A DNA stretch of 64,000 bases. It comes from Candidatus Peregrinibacteria bacterium Greene0416_19 (lineage in GTDB: Bacteria > Patescibacteriota > Gracilibacteria > Peribacterales > Peribacteraceae). The position numbers and the translations under genes were made by a program. This document shows positions 34,164 to 42,676 of the stretch, one piece after another (positions within the stretch are counted from its first letter, which is position 1; every line of letters begins with the position of its first letter). Below the pieces are notes generated by a model. The model was not told where the DNA came from and made no database searches. It saw nothing but the letters and a program-made list of their open reading frames with translations. The DNA lies in the NCBI GenBank assembly GCA_007375735.1, contig VMEW01000001.1:11831-75830 (forward strand). The letters are read 5' to 3'.

Positions 34164-34952
34164 CTATTCACGATGAGCCCTCATTTGTCGCTGGCAATCG
34201 AACCACACCCCCATCCGTGCCTCCCCCGGCTTCTCCAGCGGCTTCTCGCCCGCATAGTGCAGGATCTTCACATCCGTCTCATCGCCCTTCCAAAAAAAGT
34301 GCGCGTGATAGTTAAAGCGATGGTCCAGGCAATAAATCCTCTTCCATCGGAAGAACCGATTGAGGATGTCCTGATCGGCGGTTGGGCACGGTTTCAGCGG
34401 ACTCCCGAGCAGCTTCTGGTACGTGCGGCCATCCAGATGTTCCCTCCCGATCACCATCACGCCGGTGTTGAAGCCGATGCGGCGGAAGGAATCGGCCACT
34501 TCCTCTTTGCGCTTGCGGTCCTTGCCGGCCGGGCAGGCGGCGAATGGAACATCGAGGGTGAAGAGCGGCGTGATATCGCCGAGGCACAGCATGTCGGCGT
34601 CCAGAAAAATGATCCGGGCGGCATCGATCAAGTTGAACATCTCGAGCTTGAGGAGAGCCGCGTGCAGTCGCGGAGGTGTCACCGGGAAGAAGCGATGGTA
34701 CGGTTCTGCTTTCACTAGCTTGAACGTCACCTCTGGCCATAGAGATCTGATTCTCTGCTGATTCGTTTCCGACAGCGGTGAAAGAGTCTGACTGTGTAAC
34801 ACTACGAGTGGCGCCAGAAGAAATGGATTATGTTTGCGAATGGAAAAGAGCAAGACGCACGCGTACTCGGTGAAGGCGTCGTTGAGAGACATCACCATGC
34901 AGGTGCAATTTGTGTCATTGACCGGTTGGTGACTTCGAAAGAATCGAAACAC
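34164..34952 (-). CDS. GT8 family glycosyltransferase
   Basis: IIFLDADMLCLGDITPLF (DxD), FNTGVMVI and HYAGEKP motifs. GTG 34952 lies 6 nt after TACACT (complement of 34959-34964). Confidence 0.85.
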   Translation of the reverse strand: MFRFFRSHQPVNDTNCTCMVMSLNDAFTEYACVLLFSIRKHNPFLLAPLVVLHSQTLSPLSETNQQRIRSLWPEVTFKLVKAEPYHRFFPVTPPRLHAALLKLEMFNLIDAARIIFLDADMLCLGDITPLFTLDVPFAACPAGKDRKRKEEVADSFRRIGFNTGVMVIGREHLDGRTYQKLLGSPLKPCPTADQDILNRFFRWKRIYCLDHRFNYHAHFFWKGDETDVKILHYAGEKPLEKPGEARMGVWFDCQRQMRAHRE

Positions 34953-34958
34953 CCGGCC

Positions 34959-34968
34959 AGTGTACACT
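34959..34968. promoter_or_regulatory. palindromic AGTGTACACT giving a -10 box on both strands
   Basis: TACACT 34963-34968 lies 6 nt before ATG 34975 (+). TACACT on the complement of 34959-34964 lies 6 nt before GTG 34952 (-). Confidence 0.6.
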
Positions 34969-34974
34969 GGCTCT

Positions 34975-36585
34975 ATGACCGTCCGGCAGTTCCCCTTCGT
35001 CGCTCTAGGAACGGCTGTCCTGCTCGCGATCCTCATCCAGATCCCCGCCTTCATCCAAGAGCGCGATCAGCGTTACCGCGGCGTCCCCATCCATCTTAAT
35101 TCTGACGAGTACGTATACTTCGCGCGGGTGGAGCAGGCGTTGATCGGCGACGGCGCGCACGCCGACAATGCATTCATCGCCGACCGGTCGGTGCGGGGCA
35201 CGCAGTCCGCGCTGCTTGAGCGAATGGTGGGAACACTCTTCCGACCGACCGGCTGGAGCGTGGGGACGGTGCTCACGGTCATGGACTCAGTCACGATCGC
35301 TTTCCTCTTCCTTGCGCTCATCTGGTTTCTGCAGTTGTGCGGATTCCGTCGATGGTATTCCTATGGCGGCGCGCTCGCGTTCTGCGTTATCGAATTCTAC
35401 AACCTGAACCGCCCCATTCACCAGGGGTTGAGTTTTCTCCTGACACTCTTTGCGATGGCAGCGCTCGTGGAGGGAATGAACGGGCGACGGTGGCTCGGAA
35501 TCCTCGGCGGCGCAATGCTCGGGCTCCTTGTCGGGGTGTACTTTTGGGCCTTTACATGGATATGGTTGTTCTTTGGGTTGCTGGCGCTGATTTCGTTGCT
35601 TTTCAGCCGCTCCAAGCACATCGACATCGCGTGGCTCGTGATTTTTGGAGTCACCGGCATGCTCACCGCATTCCCGTTCGTCATCGATGCAGTCAGAGCG
35701 GCAAGCAACCAGCACTTCGCGGAGGCCGTGTTCCGCAGCGGCATGCATCCTGGGCGACTGCCGGAATCGATGCCATACAGCATTCTCTTCACAGTCATGG
35801 CGGGGAGCGTGTTGTGGTTGATCATGCGTGAGCGTGAGTCGATGCGCAAACATGCCGCAGCGGCAGTCATCATTTTCACAGGATTCATTGCGATTCATCA
35901 ACAGCTCGTGCACGGGCAGGTGTTCAATTTCGTCTCGCACTATATGTTCGGGCTCGTGCTGGCGGCGCTGTGCATGGTCCTGCTCGCGGTCACGATCCGG
36001 AAGAAAGTTGCGATCGTCGTCGCGGCTGCCGCCATTGTCTATCTGTCTGCTGTCGCCTGGGATGGCCGGTACGTTCTATCCCAATTCAGACGGCTACCCG
36101 AACGTTTCCATGAGCAGCATCTGGCAGGAGCGTTCTCCGCACTCTCCACCCTTCCGCGCGCGACAGTGCTCAGCGATCCTCGTACGTCGCTCGGCATCGC
36201 CGCGTACACCCATCACGATGTCGTGTATGCGCTGTACCTGAAGAACCTGCTCCTGAGCCACGAGCAGATTGCCGCGCGGTACTGCCTGACACAGCTGCCG
36301 GTGCCACCGGAGGAGCGGCGCATCCGGGAGCAGGAATGGCTCGTCTATCCGGACGCGAACAGCGCCTTCCGAGATCCGGCGGTGCGCGAGAGGGAAGTGC
36401 GGATGGTGGAGGAGGCGTGTGCGGCAATGGACCGGGATCCGGTCGCGCTCATCACGGCGTACGGACCGCAGTACATTCTGTGGGACCGGAAGGATCATCC
36501 GGAATGGAACTTCGACAAAATGGGAGTATTGGTCGATTCGATTTCAAAGGGGGAGGAGTGGGAGATTTTGAGAGTTATTTGGTAA
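34975..36585 (+). CDS. polytopic membrane protein with C-terminal soluble domain (possible GT-C/polymerase-like)
   Basis: 536 aa. Loop motif NSDEYVYFARV after TM1, about 12 TM helices, then ~170 soluble residues. No family recognised with confidence. Confidence 0.6.
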   Translation: MTVRQFPFVALGTAVLLAILIQIPAFIQERDQRYRGVPIHLNSDEYVYFARVEQALIGDGAHADNAFIADRSVRGTQSALLERMVGTLFRPTGWSVGTVLTVMDSVTIAFLFLALIWFLQLCGFRRWYSYGGALAFCVIEFYNLNRPIHQGLSFLLTLFAMAALVEGMNGRRWLGILGGAMLGLLVGVYFWAFTWIWLFFGLLALISLLFSRSKHIDIAWLVIFGVTGMLTAFPFVIDAVRAASNQHFAEAVFRSGMHPGRLPESMPYSILFTVMAGSVLWLIMRERESMRKHAAAAVIIFTGFIAIHQQLVHGQVFNFVSHYMFGLVLAALCMVLLAVTIRKKVAIVVAAAAIVYLSAVAWDGRYVLSQFRRLPERFHEQHLAGAFSALSTLPRATVLSDPRTSLGIAAYTHHDVVYALYLKNLLLSHEQIAARYCLTQLPVPPEERRIREQEWLVYPDANSAFRDPAVREREVRMVEEACAAMDRDPVALITAYGPQYILWDRKDHPEWNFDKMGVLVDSISKGEEWEILRVIW

Positions 36586-36606
36586 TCCGAAATGAATTGT
36601 ACGACA

Positions 36607-36801
36607 CCCGGGTAGCGTCAACGGCATGACCACGGCCGGTACAACAATAGCGTCAGACCGGTTACGTCAATCATCATCTCTGCCGTGACGCGGTTGGCGA
36701 TCATGACCCGGGATCGCGTCACGGCGGAGATTCAGGGTTCTCCCGATTCGTTGACAATAACTGGCACCCCTGAGTTGGTCGTGCCGTTGACGCTACCCGG
36801 G
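36607..36801. mobile_element. MITE-like element with 26-bp terminal inverted repeats
   Basis: CCCGGGTAGCGTCAACGGCATGACCA (36607-36632) pairs with TGGTCGTGCCGTTGACGCTACCCGGG (36776-36801) with 1 mismatch. Inner hairpin at 36682-36692 / 36715-36725. A 16-nt solo end copy is at 9217-9232. Confidence 0.65.
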
Positions 36802-36807
36802 ATGCAG

Positions 36808-37587
36808 TTATCTCTTGAACGGACACGTTTCGACAATCAGTCTCCATCCATACGCAAATCTCGCCCATTCATACGCCAGCGGCAGACGCTTGCCTTGGTG
36901 CGGCAACAGCCAAATGAAGAAAATGCGTATCGCAGCAATGAGCCGTGATCGGAGAGTGTGAAGAATCCTCTTGAACCAATGCAGCCAGCCCTGTCCGCGC
37001 GATGCCCCAGCTTCGATCCTCACGTACCGCTCGTTCTTCTCCTTCCATTCCCTGAGCGGGGGCAGCGGGGCGAGGCATGGATTCTTCAATCGTGTGATCG
37101 GGATGCCCGATTTCACGCGCACCCGTTCATGCACCGGCTTGATCCAGCCGATGACCGCATCGCGGTGGAAGAAGTAGATCCGCTCGTTGGGGTATGTGCT
37201 CGCGTGCTCGATGACTGTTCCGTTGAGCACGTACTTGCGGGGGACGAGGAATGCCACGGGCTCGGTTGATGACGCGATGTTTGTGATCTCCGCGAACAGC
37301 TCCGGGGATGCATATTCGTCGCTGTCGAGGATGAAGATCCACGGTTGTGTCGCTGCCTCGAGCGTGATGTTGCGGATGCGGGCGAAGTCGGTGACGCCCT
37401 CCATACGATCATTCTGCGGGATGATCCGCGCTCCATGCCGCTTCGCAATGTCGAGTGTGTCATCGGTGCTCCCGCCGTCGACGACAAGGATTTCAGCTGC
37501 TCCTTTCACGCTCTCCAGCGCCCGTGCGAGGGTGCGGCCGGAATTCAACGTGAGCACGTGGACGCTCAACGGAAGGGTCTGTTCCAT
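36808..37587 (-). CDS. GT2 glycosyltransferase (DSDE type)
   Basis: VHVLTLNSGRTL, VVDGGSTDDT and ILDSDEY motifs. Confidence 0.85.
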   Translation of the reverse strand: MEQTLPLSVHVLTLNSGRTLARALESVKGAAEILVVDGGSTDDTLDIAKRHGARIIPQNDRMEGVTDFARIRNITLEAATQPWIFILDSDEYASPELFAEITNIASSTEPVAFLVPRKYVLNGTVIEHASTYPNERIYFFHRDAVIGWIKPVHERVRVKSGIPITRLKNPCLAPLPPLREWKEKNERYVRIEAGASRGQGWLHWFKRILHTLRSRLIAAIRIFFIWLLPHQGKRLPLAYEWARFAYGWRLIVETCPFKR

Positions 37588-37629
37588 GGCATGTCATGGT
37601 AACAGCTTTTGCCTCGGCATTCCCCTCCT

Positions 37630-38073
37630 TTATACGTACACCAGATACTTGTATAAAAGGAAATTCCAGCTCACTGTGGTGCCGATGCTGGCGATCTTCG
37701 CGAAGACTTCGATGCTCAACAAGCTCCCGACGAGCGCATCCGGCTGGAAGATCGCCTGTACGAATGCAAATGAACCCGCGACGTCGACGATCAGGAACAC
37801 AATGACGGTCTGTGCAACGATGTTCCACGCCTGCAGGATGATGTATCGGATAGCGTGATTCATCACTTGCTCCTTTTTCCTGAAAACGAAGTATTTGTGG
37901 AAAAGGAACGCCGAGAGCAGCCCCAGGAAGCTCGAGAGCACGGCACCCACCAGGTAGTGGATGCCCAGGAGGAGCATGACCTTGTAGCTCGTGAGCTCAA
38001 TAGCCGCGGCCGAACCGCCGCTTACCAAGTAGAAGAGGAACTGAGGAAGGTGGGGTTTGATTCGCTGGTACAT
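37630..38073 (-). CDS. GtrA-like membrane protein
   Basis: QFLFYLVSGGSAAAIELTSY...HKYFVFRKK is typical of GtrA. ATG 38073 lies 8 nt after TATCCT (complement of 38082-38087). Confidence 0.8.
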   Translation of the reverse strand: MYQRIKPHLPQFLFYLVSGGSAAAIELTSYKVMLLLGIHYLVGAVLSSFLGLLSAFLFHKYFVFRKKEQVMNHAIRYIILQAWNIVAQTVIVFLIVDVAGSFAFVQAIFQPDALVGSLLSIEVFAKIASIGTTVSWNFLLYKYLVYV

Positions 38074-38139
38074 CACGGGGGAGGATAGCGCGATGAGCGC
38101 GGACAATCATCCGGAACCGGCACGACGATGGAACCGGGA

Positions 38140-39552
38140 TTACGAATCCCGGCTGCGGATTGCATTGCAATCATCCGGCATTGGTACCACATAATAACTT
38201 CCGCCTAATTGCACCGCACGGTCGCCGTACGTCGTTATTTCCTCCACGTTCACCTTCCGCACCCGGCGGCGGCAGCGCTGCTCCGGGCGCGGGATACGGT
38301 ACTCCTCGGGCATGGTGGGCGAAACGCGGTCACGGACCAGGAAGAGCAAGCGGGGGTTGCGCGGCAATTGCGCGAAGATTTCCGACTCCTCAATGAAGAG
38401 TTCTTCGTTCTGGTACTCTGCAATGAGTGTTGCGACGCTCCGCTGGAGTTCGGTGCCGAGCCCGGATCCGCGGTGGTCGAGCTGCCACAGACCTTGGAAC
38501 AGGATGATCATCCCGAGAATCAACGCCGCCGCCTTTTGTCCAAGGAGCCTCACTGCTCCTGCTGGCACAAAGAGAAAGAGCAGCAACGTTGCGGGGAGCA
38601 GATGCCGGTACCAGCCGTAGCTGTTCAAAAAGTATCCGCCAAAGAGCACGATGAGCGACGCGATCATCACCAGTGTCGACGTCCTCATTCTGTTCCGGAG
38701 CGCCGCCATGCCGGCCGCACCGAACACAATCATCAATCCGAAGGCCAAGTAGGGCATCCGGAGGAGAATGCCTGCGTTTTCCCGCAGCACGTAGAAGATC
38801 GGCATGTCACCACCGCCAAGAACGAATTCCGAGATTTCCTCGTTCAGGCTCCCCAGCGGCGTGTGAGCCGCCTCCACCAGGCGCCACGGAAGGTACACGG
38901 CGACCGTCAGAATACCGGCAGTGGTCAGTGCAAGAACCTCACTCCACTTCTTTCGGACGAGTGCGATGATCCAGGCGACGCCGAGTGCCGGCAGAATCAA
39001 TCCGAATGTGAGTTTCGAGAGGAAAGAAAGTCCGAACAGGACGCCGGCGAAGACGCCACGCTTGACCGGACGTTCGATCGCTTCGTACGCAAGCAATCCC
39101 AGAATGAGGAACGCGAATGCGGGAACCTCGCCGAGCACGGGTTTGCCCGTGTTCACGAAGGCGGAGAGCGTGACAAGGAGCGCGGTCGACCAGCGCGCCG
39201 CATTCCGGCCGGCAATTCGCTTCGCGAGCAGATAGAACGTCACGGTCGTCAGGATCAGGTACAGCACCATCGGAGCGCGCGCCGCTTCGATGGAGATCCC
39301 AAAGAGCGCGATCGAGAGGGCGGTCGGGAGGATGACCGTCGGACCCACCGCCAGGAAGTACGGGTAGTACCAGATGTCATTCAGGAGCGGGATGCCGTAG
39401 CTCCCACCTTCTGCAAGATGGCGCGCCGTCATGATGAAGAGTCCTTCATCGATCCAGGCGTTGGGGAAGGTGCCCAGTTCCCGGCTAAAGAAGAAGAGGG
39501 CGGTGAGGCCGAGGAGGTATTCGGGGAGGAAGCGGCGGAGGTGGGGGGGCAC
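38140..39552 (-). CDS. GT-C glycosyltransferase (ArnT/PMT_2-like)
   Basis: First-loop motif AWIDEGLFIMTARHL and ~11 TM helices. GTG 39552 lies 6 nt after TATACT (complement of 39559-39564). The track start 39627 is TTG. Confidence 0.75.
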   Translation of the reverse strand: MPPHLRRFLPEYLLGLTALFFFSRELGTFPNAWIDEGLFIMTARHLAEGGSYGIPLLNDIWYYPYFLAVGPTVILPTALSIALFGISIEAARAPMVLYLILTTVTFYLLAKRIAGRNAARWSTALLVTLSAFVNTGKPVLGEVPAFAFLILGLLAYEAIERPVKRGVFAGVLFGLSFLSKLTFGLILPALGVAWIIALVRKKWSEVLALTTAGILTVAVYLPWRLVEAAHTPLGSLNEEISEFVLGGGDMPIFYVLRENAGILLRMPYLAFGLMIVFGAAGMAALRNRMRTSTLVMIASLIVLFGGYFLNSYGWYRHLLPATLLLFLFVPAGAVRLLGQKAAALILGMIILFQGLWQLDHRGSGLGTELQRSVATLIAEYQNEELFIEESEIFAQLPRNPRLLFLVRDRVSPTMPEEYRIPRPEQRCRRRVRKVNVEEITTYGDRAVQLGGSYYVVPMPDDCNAIRSRDS

Positions 39553-39634
39553 GGCAGTAGTATACCGTGGTTGGAAACGCCGCACCCCGGAAGGGTGCTG
39601 CTGTGGTGGTGGCAATTGAACGTCCAAATCAGCA

Positions 39635-39652
39635 GCACGGCTCCTGCCGTGC
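39635..39652 (-). terminator. short hairpin after the methyltransferase gene
   Basis: GCACGGC-TCCT-GCCGTGC. It resembles one arm of the inner palindrome at 7572-7651. Confidence 0.4.
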
Positions 39653-39657
39653 GGTGC

Positions 39658-40473
39658 CTATCCATTTTTTCTCAACACCGCCACGGTCGTCACCCCTTTC
39701 CTGTAAGGTTTCGCTTTCCTCTGTAGAACCTTAACCAATCGCTTCGCCTCCCCCGCGTAGATTGTCTTCAGTATCGCATTGATCGGTGCAGGCGGCATCG
39801 TCACGTCCGTCCCTCCCTCGCCGGACGATGATCCCTTGATGCGGTTGATCATCCGCTGCACCTTCGCGAGTGGGTAGAGCCGGCTCATGCAGTGTGACAT
39901 CAACAGTTCCTCGACCGGCGTACCGGTCCAAAGTTTTCTGAACGTGTCCGGCTCATATCGCCGGTAGTGCTCGAAAGCCACATCATGCGGGCTCCAGAGG
40001 GACATGTCGGCGGGGGCCATCATGATGAGAAAGGCACCCGGCTTCATGTGCTCGATCAGCTCATGGACGAACGCGACGTCATTCTCGATGTGTTCGAGCA
40101 CTTCGATGAGCAGGATGCCGTCGGCTTTCGCAAAATCTTCCGCAACGTCCTTCGGCGCGTAGCCATGGACGAAGGTGCAGTGCGGAAAACGTCCGCGGGC
40201 GCGGTTGAAGCCGTCCTCCGTCGGTTCCACGCCGATGACGCGATACTCCCGTGACAGGTATGCCGTGACACCGCCAGTGCCGCAGCCCACGTCGATCAGC
40301 AGTCGGGATTCGCGTAAAGCGACGTGGTCGCCACGCGACTTTACGTCGTAATCCCGGACCGATGACGGCGGCAGAAGTTCGTGCAACAGTGCATCCAGAA
40401 TCGCGCGGCGGCCCAGGAACCACCAGTGGTGCTCCTCGCAGGCGGCGTGAACGTCAAATTGTGGAGTTTGCAT
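39658..40473 (-). CDS. class I SAM-dependent methyltransferase
   Basis: Motif I LIDVGCGTGGVT and post-I/II segments (ILLIEVLEH). Confidence 0.85.
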   Translation of the reverse strand: MQTPQFDVHAACEEHHWWFLGRRAILDALLHELLPPSSVRDYDVKSRGDHVALRESRLLIDVGCGTGGVTAYLSREYRVIGVEPTEDGFNRARGRFPHCTFVHGYAPKDVAEDFAKADGILLIEVLEHIENDVAFVHELIEHMKPGAFLIMMAPADMSLWSPHDVAFEHYRRYEPDTFRKLWTGTPVEELLMSHCMSRLYPLAKVQRMINRIKGSSSGEGGTDVTMPPAPINAILKTIYAGEAKRLVKVLQRKAKPYRKGVTTVAVLRKNG

Positions 40474-40479
40474 ATGGTG

Positions 40480-41490
40480 TCAGAACATCCGGTTGGTCCA
40501 CGTCTTGGGTGTTTTGTCGGAAATGATCTCGATGTCGAAGGTGTACTTGAATTTCTTCGTTCCGCGCTTCCGGATCCAGTCGATCATCTCCTGCAGGCCC
40601 TGGCGCAGCGTGTAGGTCGTTTTGTAGCCGAGGAGCCTCCGGGCTTTGCCGGCGTCACACGTCGCGAGCTTCACCTCCTGCGGGCGGCCGGGGACGTAGA
40701 CGGGGTCCAGCTTGAATGACAGAAGATCGGCAATCGTCTGCGCGAGCTCATTGATCGTGATAAATTCCTCATCCGGTCCGATGTTGATGACTTCCCCCGC
40801 CACGTTCGGCGCGTCGATGAGTTTTTCAAGAATCTGGATGTCATCTTGTACGAAGCTGAAGCAGCGCTTCTGCTCGCCGTCGCCGTAGATGATCGGCTGG
40901 CGGCCCTGGAGCATCAGGTTGATCATGATGCTTGCCACGTTGCGGTACGGGTCATCGTACTTCTGACGCGGTCCGATGATGTTGTGCGGGACAGCGATGA
41001 CATACTCCATGCTGTGCACGTCTGCGAGGTTCCTCAGCAAATCCTCCCCGGCGAGCTTGGCGATGCCGTAGGGATCCTGCGGCTTGCAGATCATGTCCTC
41101 GGTGAACGGTACCTTCTCCTGCGTGCCGTAGCGCGCCATGCTCGAGCAGTAGACGAACCGGCGCACTCCGGAGGCGATGGCCGCGCTGATCACCGACGCG
41201 GAAATCTGAAATGTGTTCTGCGTGACAAGATTCGGCGCGAAGACCGACAGTCCCTCGTACGCGGTGGCGGCGCAGTGGTAGACGGTGTCCACCCCTTGCA
41301 TCACCTTCTTCATGGAGTTCAGGTACTTGCAGTCGTACTGGTAGAACTCCACTTCATCCGGAACGTTGTCTAGGTAGCCGCCGATCAAGTTATCGCAGCC
41401 GACCACGCCGTACCCGAGTTCCAGGCAGCGTTCGGCCAGGTGACTGCCCAGGAACCCCGCGACGCCGGTGATGAAAATCTTCCTACCCAT
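40480..41490 (-). CDS. NAD-dependent sugar epimerase/dehydratase (SDR)
   Basis: ITGVAGFLGSHL and YGIAKLAGE (YxxxK) motifs. ATG 41490 overlaps the upstream GT4 stop by 8 nt. Confidence 0.85.
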   Translation of the reverse strand: MGRKIFITGVAGFLGSHLAERCLELGYGVVGCDNLIGGYLDNVPDEVEFYQYDCKYLNSMKKVMQGVDTVYHCAATAYEGLSVFAPNLVTQNTFQISASVISAAIASGVRRFVYCSSMARYGTQEKVPFTEDMICKPQDPYGIAKLAGEDLLRNLADVHSMEYVIAVPHNIIGPRQKYDDPYRNVASIMINLMLQGRQPIIYGDGEQKRCFSFVQDDIQILEKLIDAPNVAGEVINIGPDEEFITINELAQTIADLLSFKLDPVYVPGRPQEVKLATCDAGKARRLLGYKTTYTLRQGLQEMIDWIRKRGTKKFKYTFDIEIISDKTPKTWTNRMF

Positions 41491-42610
41491 AGGTTTCAAG
41501 CCATTCGGTGAGTGAAGCCACGATTGTACGTGGCTGGAACTGCGCCTGCGAGAGGCGCAAGCCGCCTTCGCCGATCTTTTTCCGGAGCTGTTCATCGTTC
41601 CTGAGTGTCAGAATAGCCTCCGCAAGCGCATGCGGATCGCCCGACGTCACCAGGAACGAATCCTGACCGTGCCGGAACACTCGCTCAGATGCTGGTGTCC
41701 GGCCGGTGACAAGCGGTCGGCCGCACGCGATCACTTCATACGCTTTATTCGGGATCACGCGAGCGGCTTTGCCGCTCGCGCCGAAGATCCCCAGGCAGAT
41801 GTCCGCGCCGTTCACGAATGCGGGGAGCTCCGTCATCGTCAGCGTGCCTAAGAACTGGACGTTCCGGAGACCCAGCTCGTCGGCGAGCCTCCGCATCGCC
41901 GGATAGGTCTGGCCTTTGCCGGCGAGTTCAAACGTCACATTCTCGCCGCGATCCTGCAACTCCTTGGCTGCAAGAAGAATCGTATCGATACCTTGCAGGG
42001 GGATGAAGGTGCCGTGGAAGCGGATGGTGAACTGCGTCTGTTCCTGCTTTTGATTGTCCCAGCCCCCACCCCCCGGCCCCCTCCCCCGCGGGGGGAGGGG
42101 GAGGAACAAATCAGTACGGCAGCCGATCGGGAGGACCAGAATTTTTTCCGGCGTCAGACCGAACGTGTCGACGAAGTATCGCTTGTGCTCTTCCGTATCG
42201 AGCAGGACAACGGTCGCAAGGTGACATGCGAGCCAGTCGGTGAACCACAGGAACCACGCGTGCGGCGACCATCGGGAAACCCGTTTGCGATCGTGCACTT
42301 CCGTATCGTAGAGCGAGAGGAATGCATCGAGGATGACGGGAATGCCCTCGCGACGTCCGAGCCGCCATGCAAGAAGCATCAAATAGTGGCCCAGGAACGG
42401 AACGTAGATTGCATCAGGTTTGGCTGGCATCGCGTTCCATCTCCGTCCCAGATCGGTGTACTTCGCAAAGAGTCCCTCCGCTTCCGTCCGGCAGAGAGTC
42501 ACCTCGCAGCCTCTTTCGCCGAGCCCGGTGCGGATGACCCACGAACGGGCTCCTTCGAGGTCAAAGTGACCGAAGGCAACGATGCGCTTGGTTGTCGACG
42601 GGGATTCCAT
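41483..42610 (-). CDS. GT4-like glycosyltransferase carrying an in-frame G/C-hairpin insert
   Basis: GT-B architecture. GGAGG lies 9 nt upstream of ATG 42610. Residues PLPPRGRGPGGGGW are encoded by the repeat at 42058-42104, in the inter-domain linker. Confidence 0.8.
   Translation of the reverse strand: MESPSTTKRIVAFGHFDLEGARSWVIRTGLGERGCEVTLCRTEAEGLFAKYTDLGRRWNAMPAKPDAIYVPFLGHYLMLLAWRLGRREGIPVILDAFLSLYDTEVHDRKRVSRWSPHAWFLWFTDWLACHLATVVLLDTEEHKRYFVDTFGLTPEKILVLPIGCRTDLFLPLPPRGRGPGGGGWDNQKQEQTQFTIRFHGTFIPLQGIDTILLAAKELQDRGENVTFELAGKGQTYPAMRRLADELGLRNVQFLGTLTMTELPAFVNGADICLGIFGASGKAARVIPNKAYEVIACGRPLVTGRTPASERVFRHGQDSFLVTSGDPHALAEAILTLRNDEQLRKKIGEGGLRLSQAQFQPRTIVASLTEWLETYG
42058..42104. repeat. 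G/C-hairpin element inside a coding sequence
   Basis: CCCAGCCCCCACCCCCCGGCCCCCTCCCCCGCGGGGGGAGGGGGAGG. Near-identical (3 mismatches by eye over ~40 nt) to the intergenic copy at 44870-44911. Confidence 0.85.
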
Positions 42611-42676
42611 AGACTATTCCTCCAGATCGTACCCTGATCCTAGCCCTTGCCCCAGCCCTGACCCTACAATCCCCGC

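Noticed and set aside
38209-39726. 505-aa plus-strand ORF antisense to the GT-C gene and the methyltransferase 3' end
   Set aside because: Low-complexity Arg/Glu/His-rich translation. The minus-strand ORFs have clear TM architecture and motifs.
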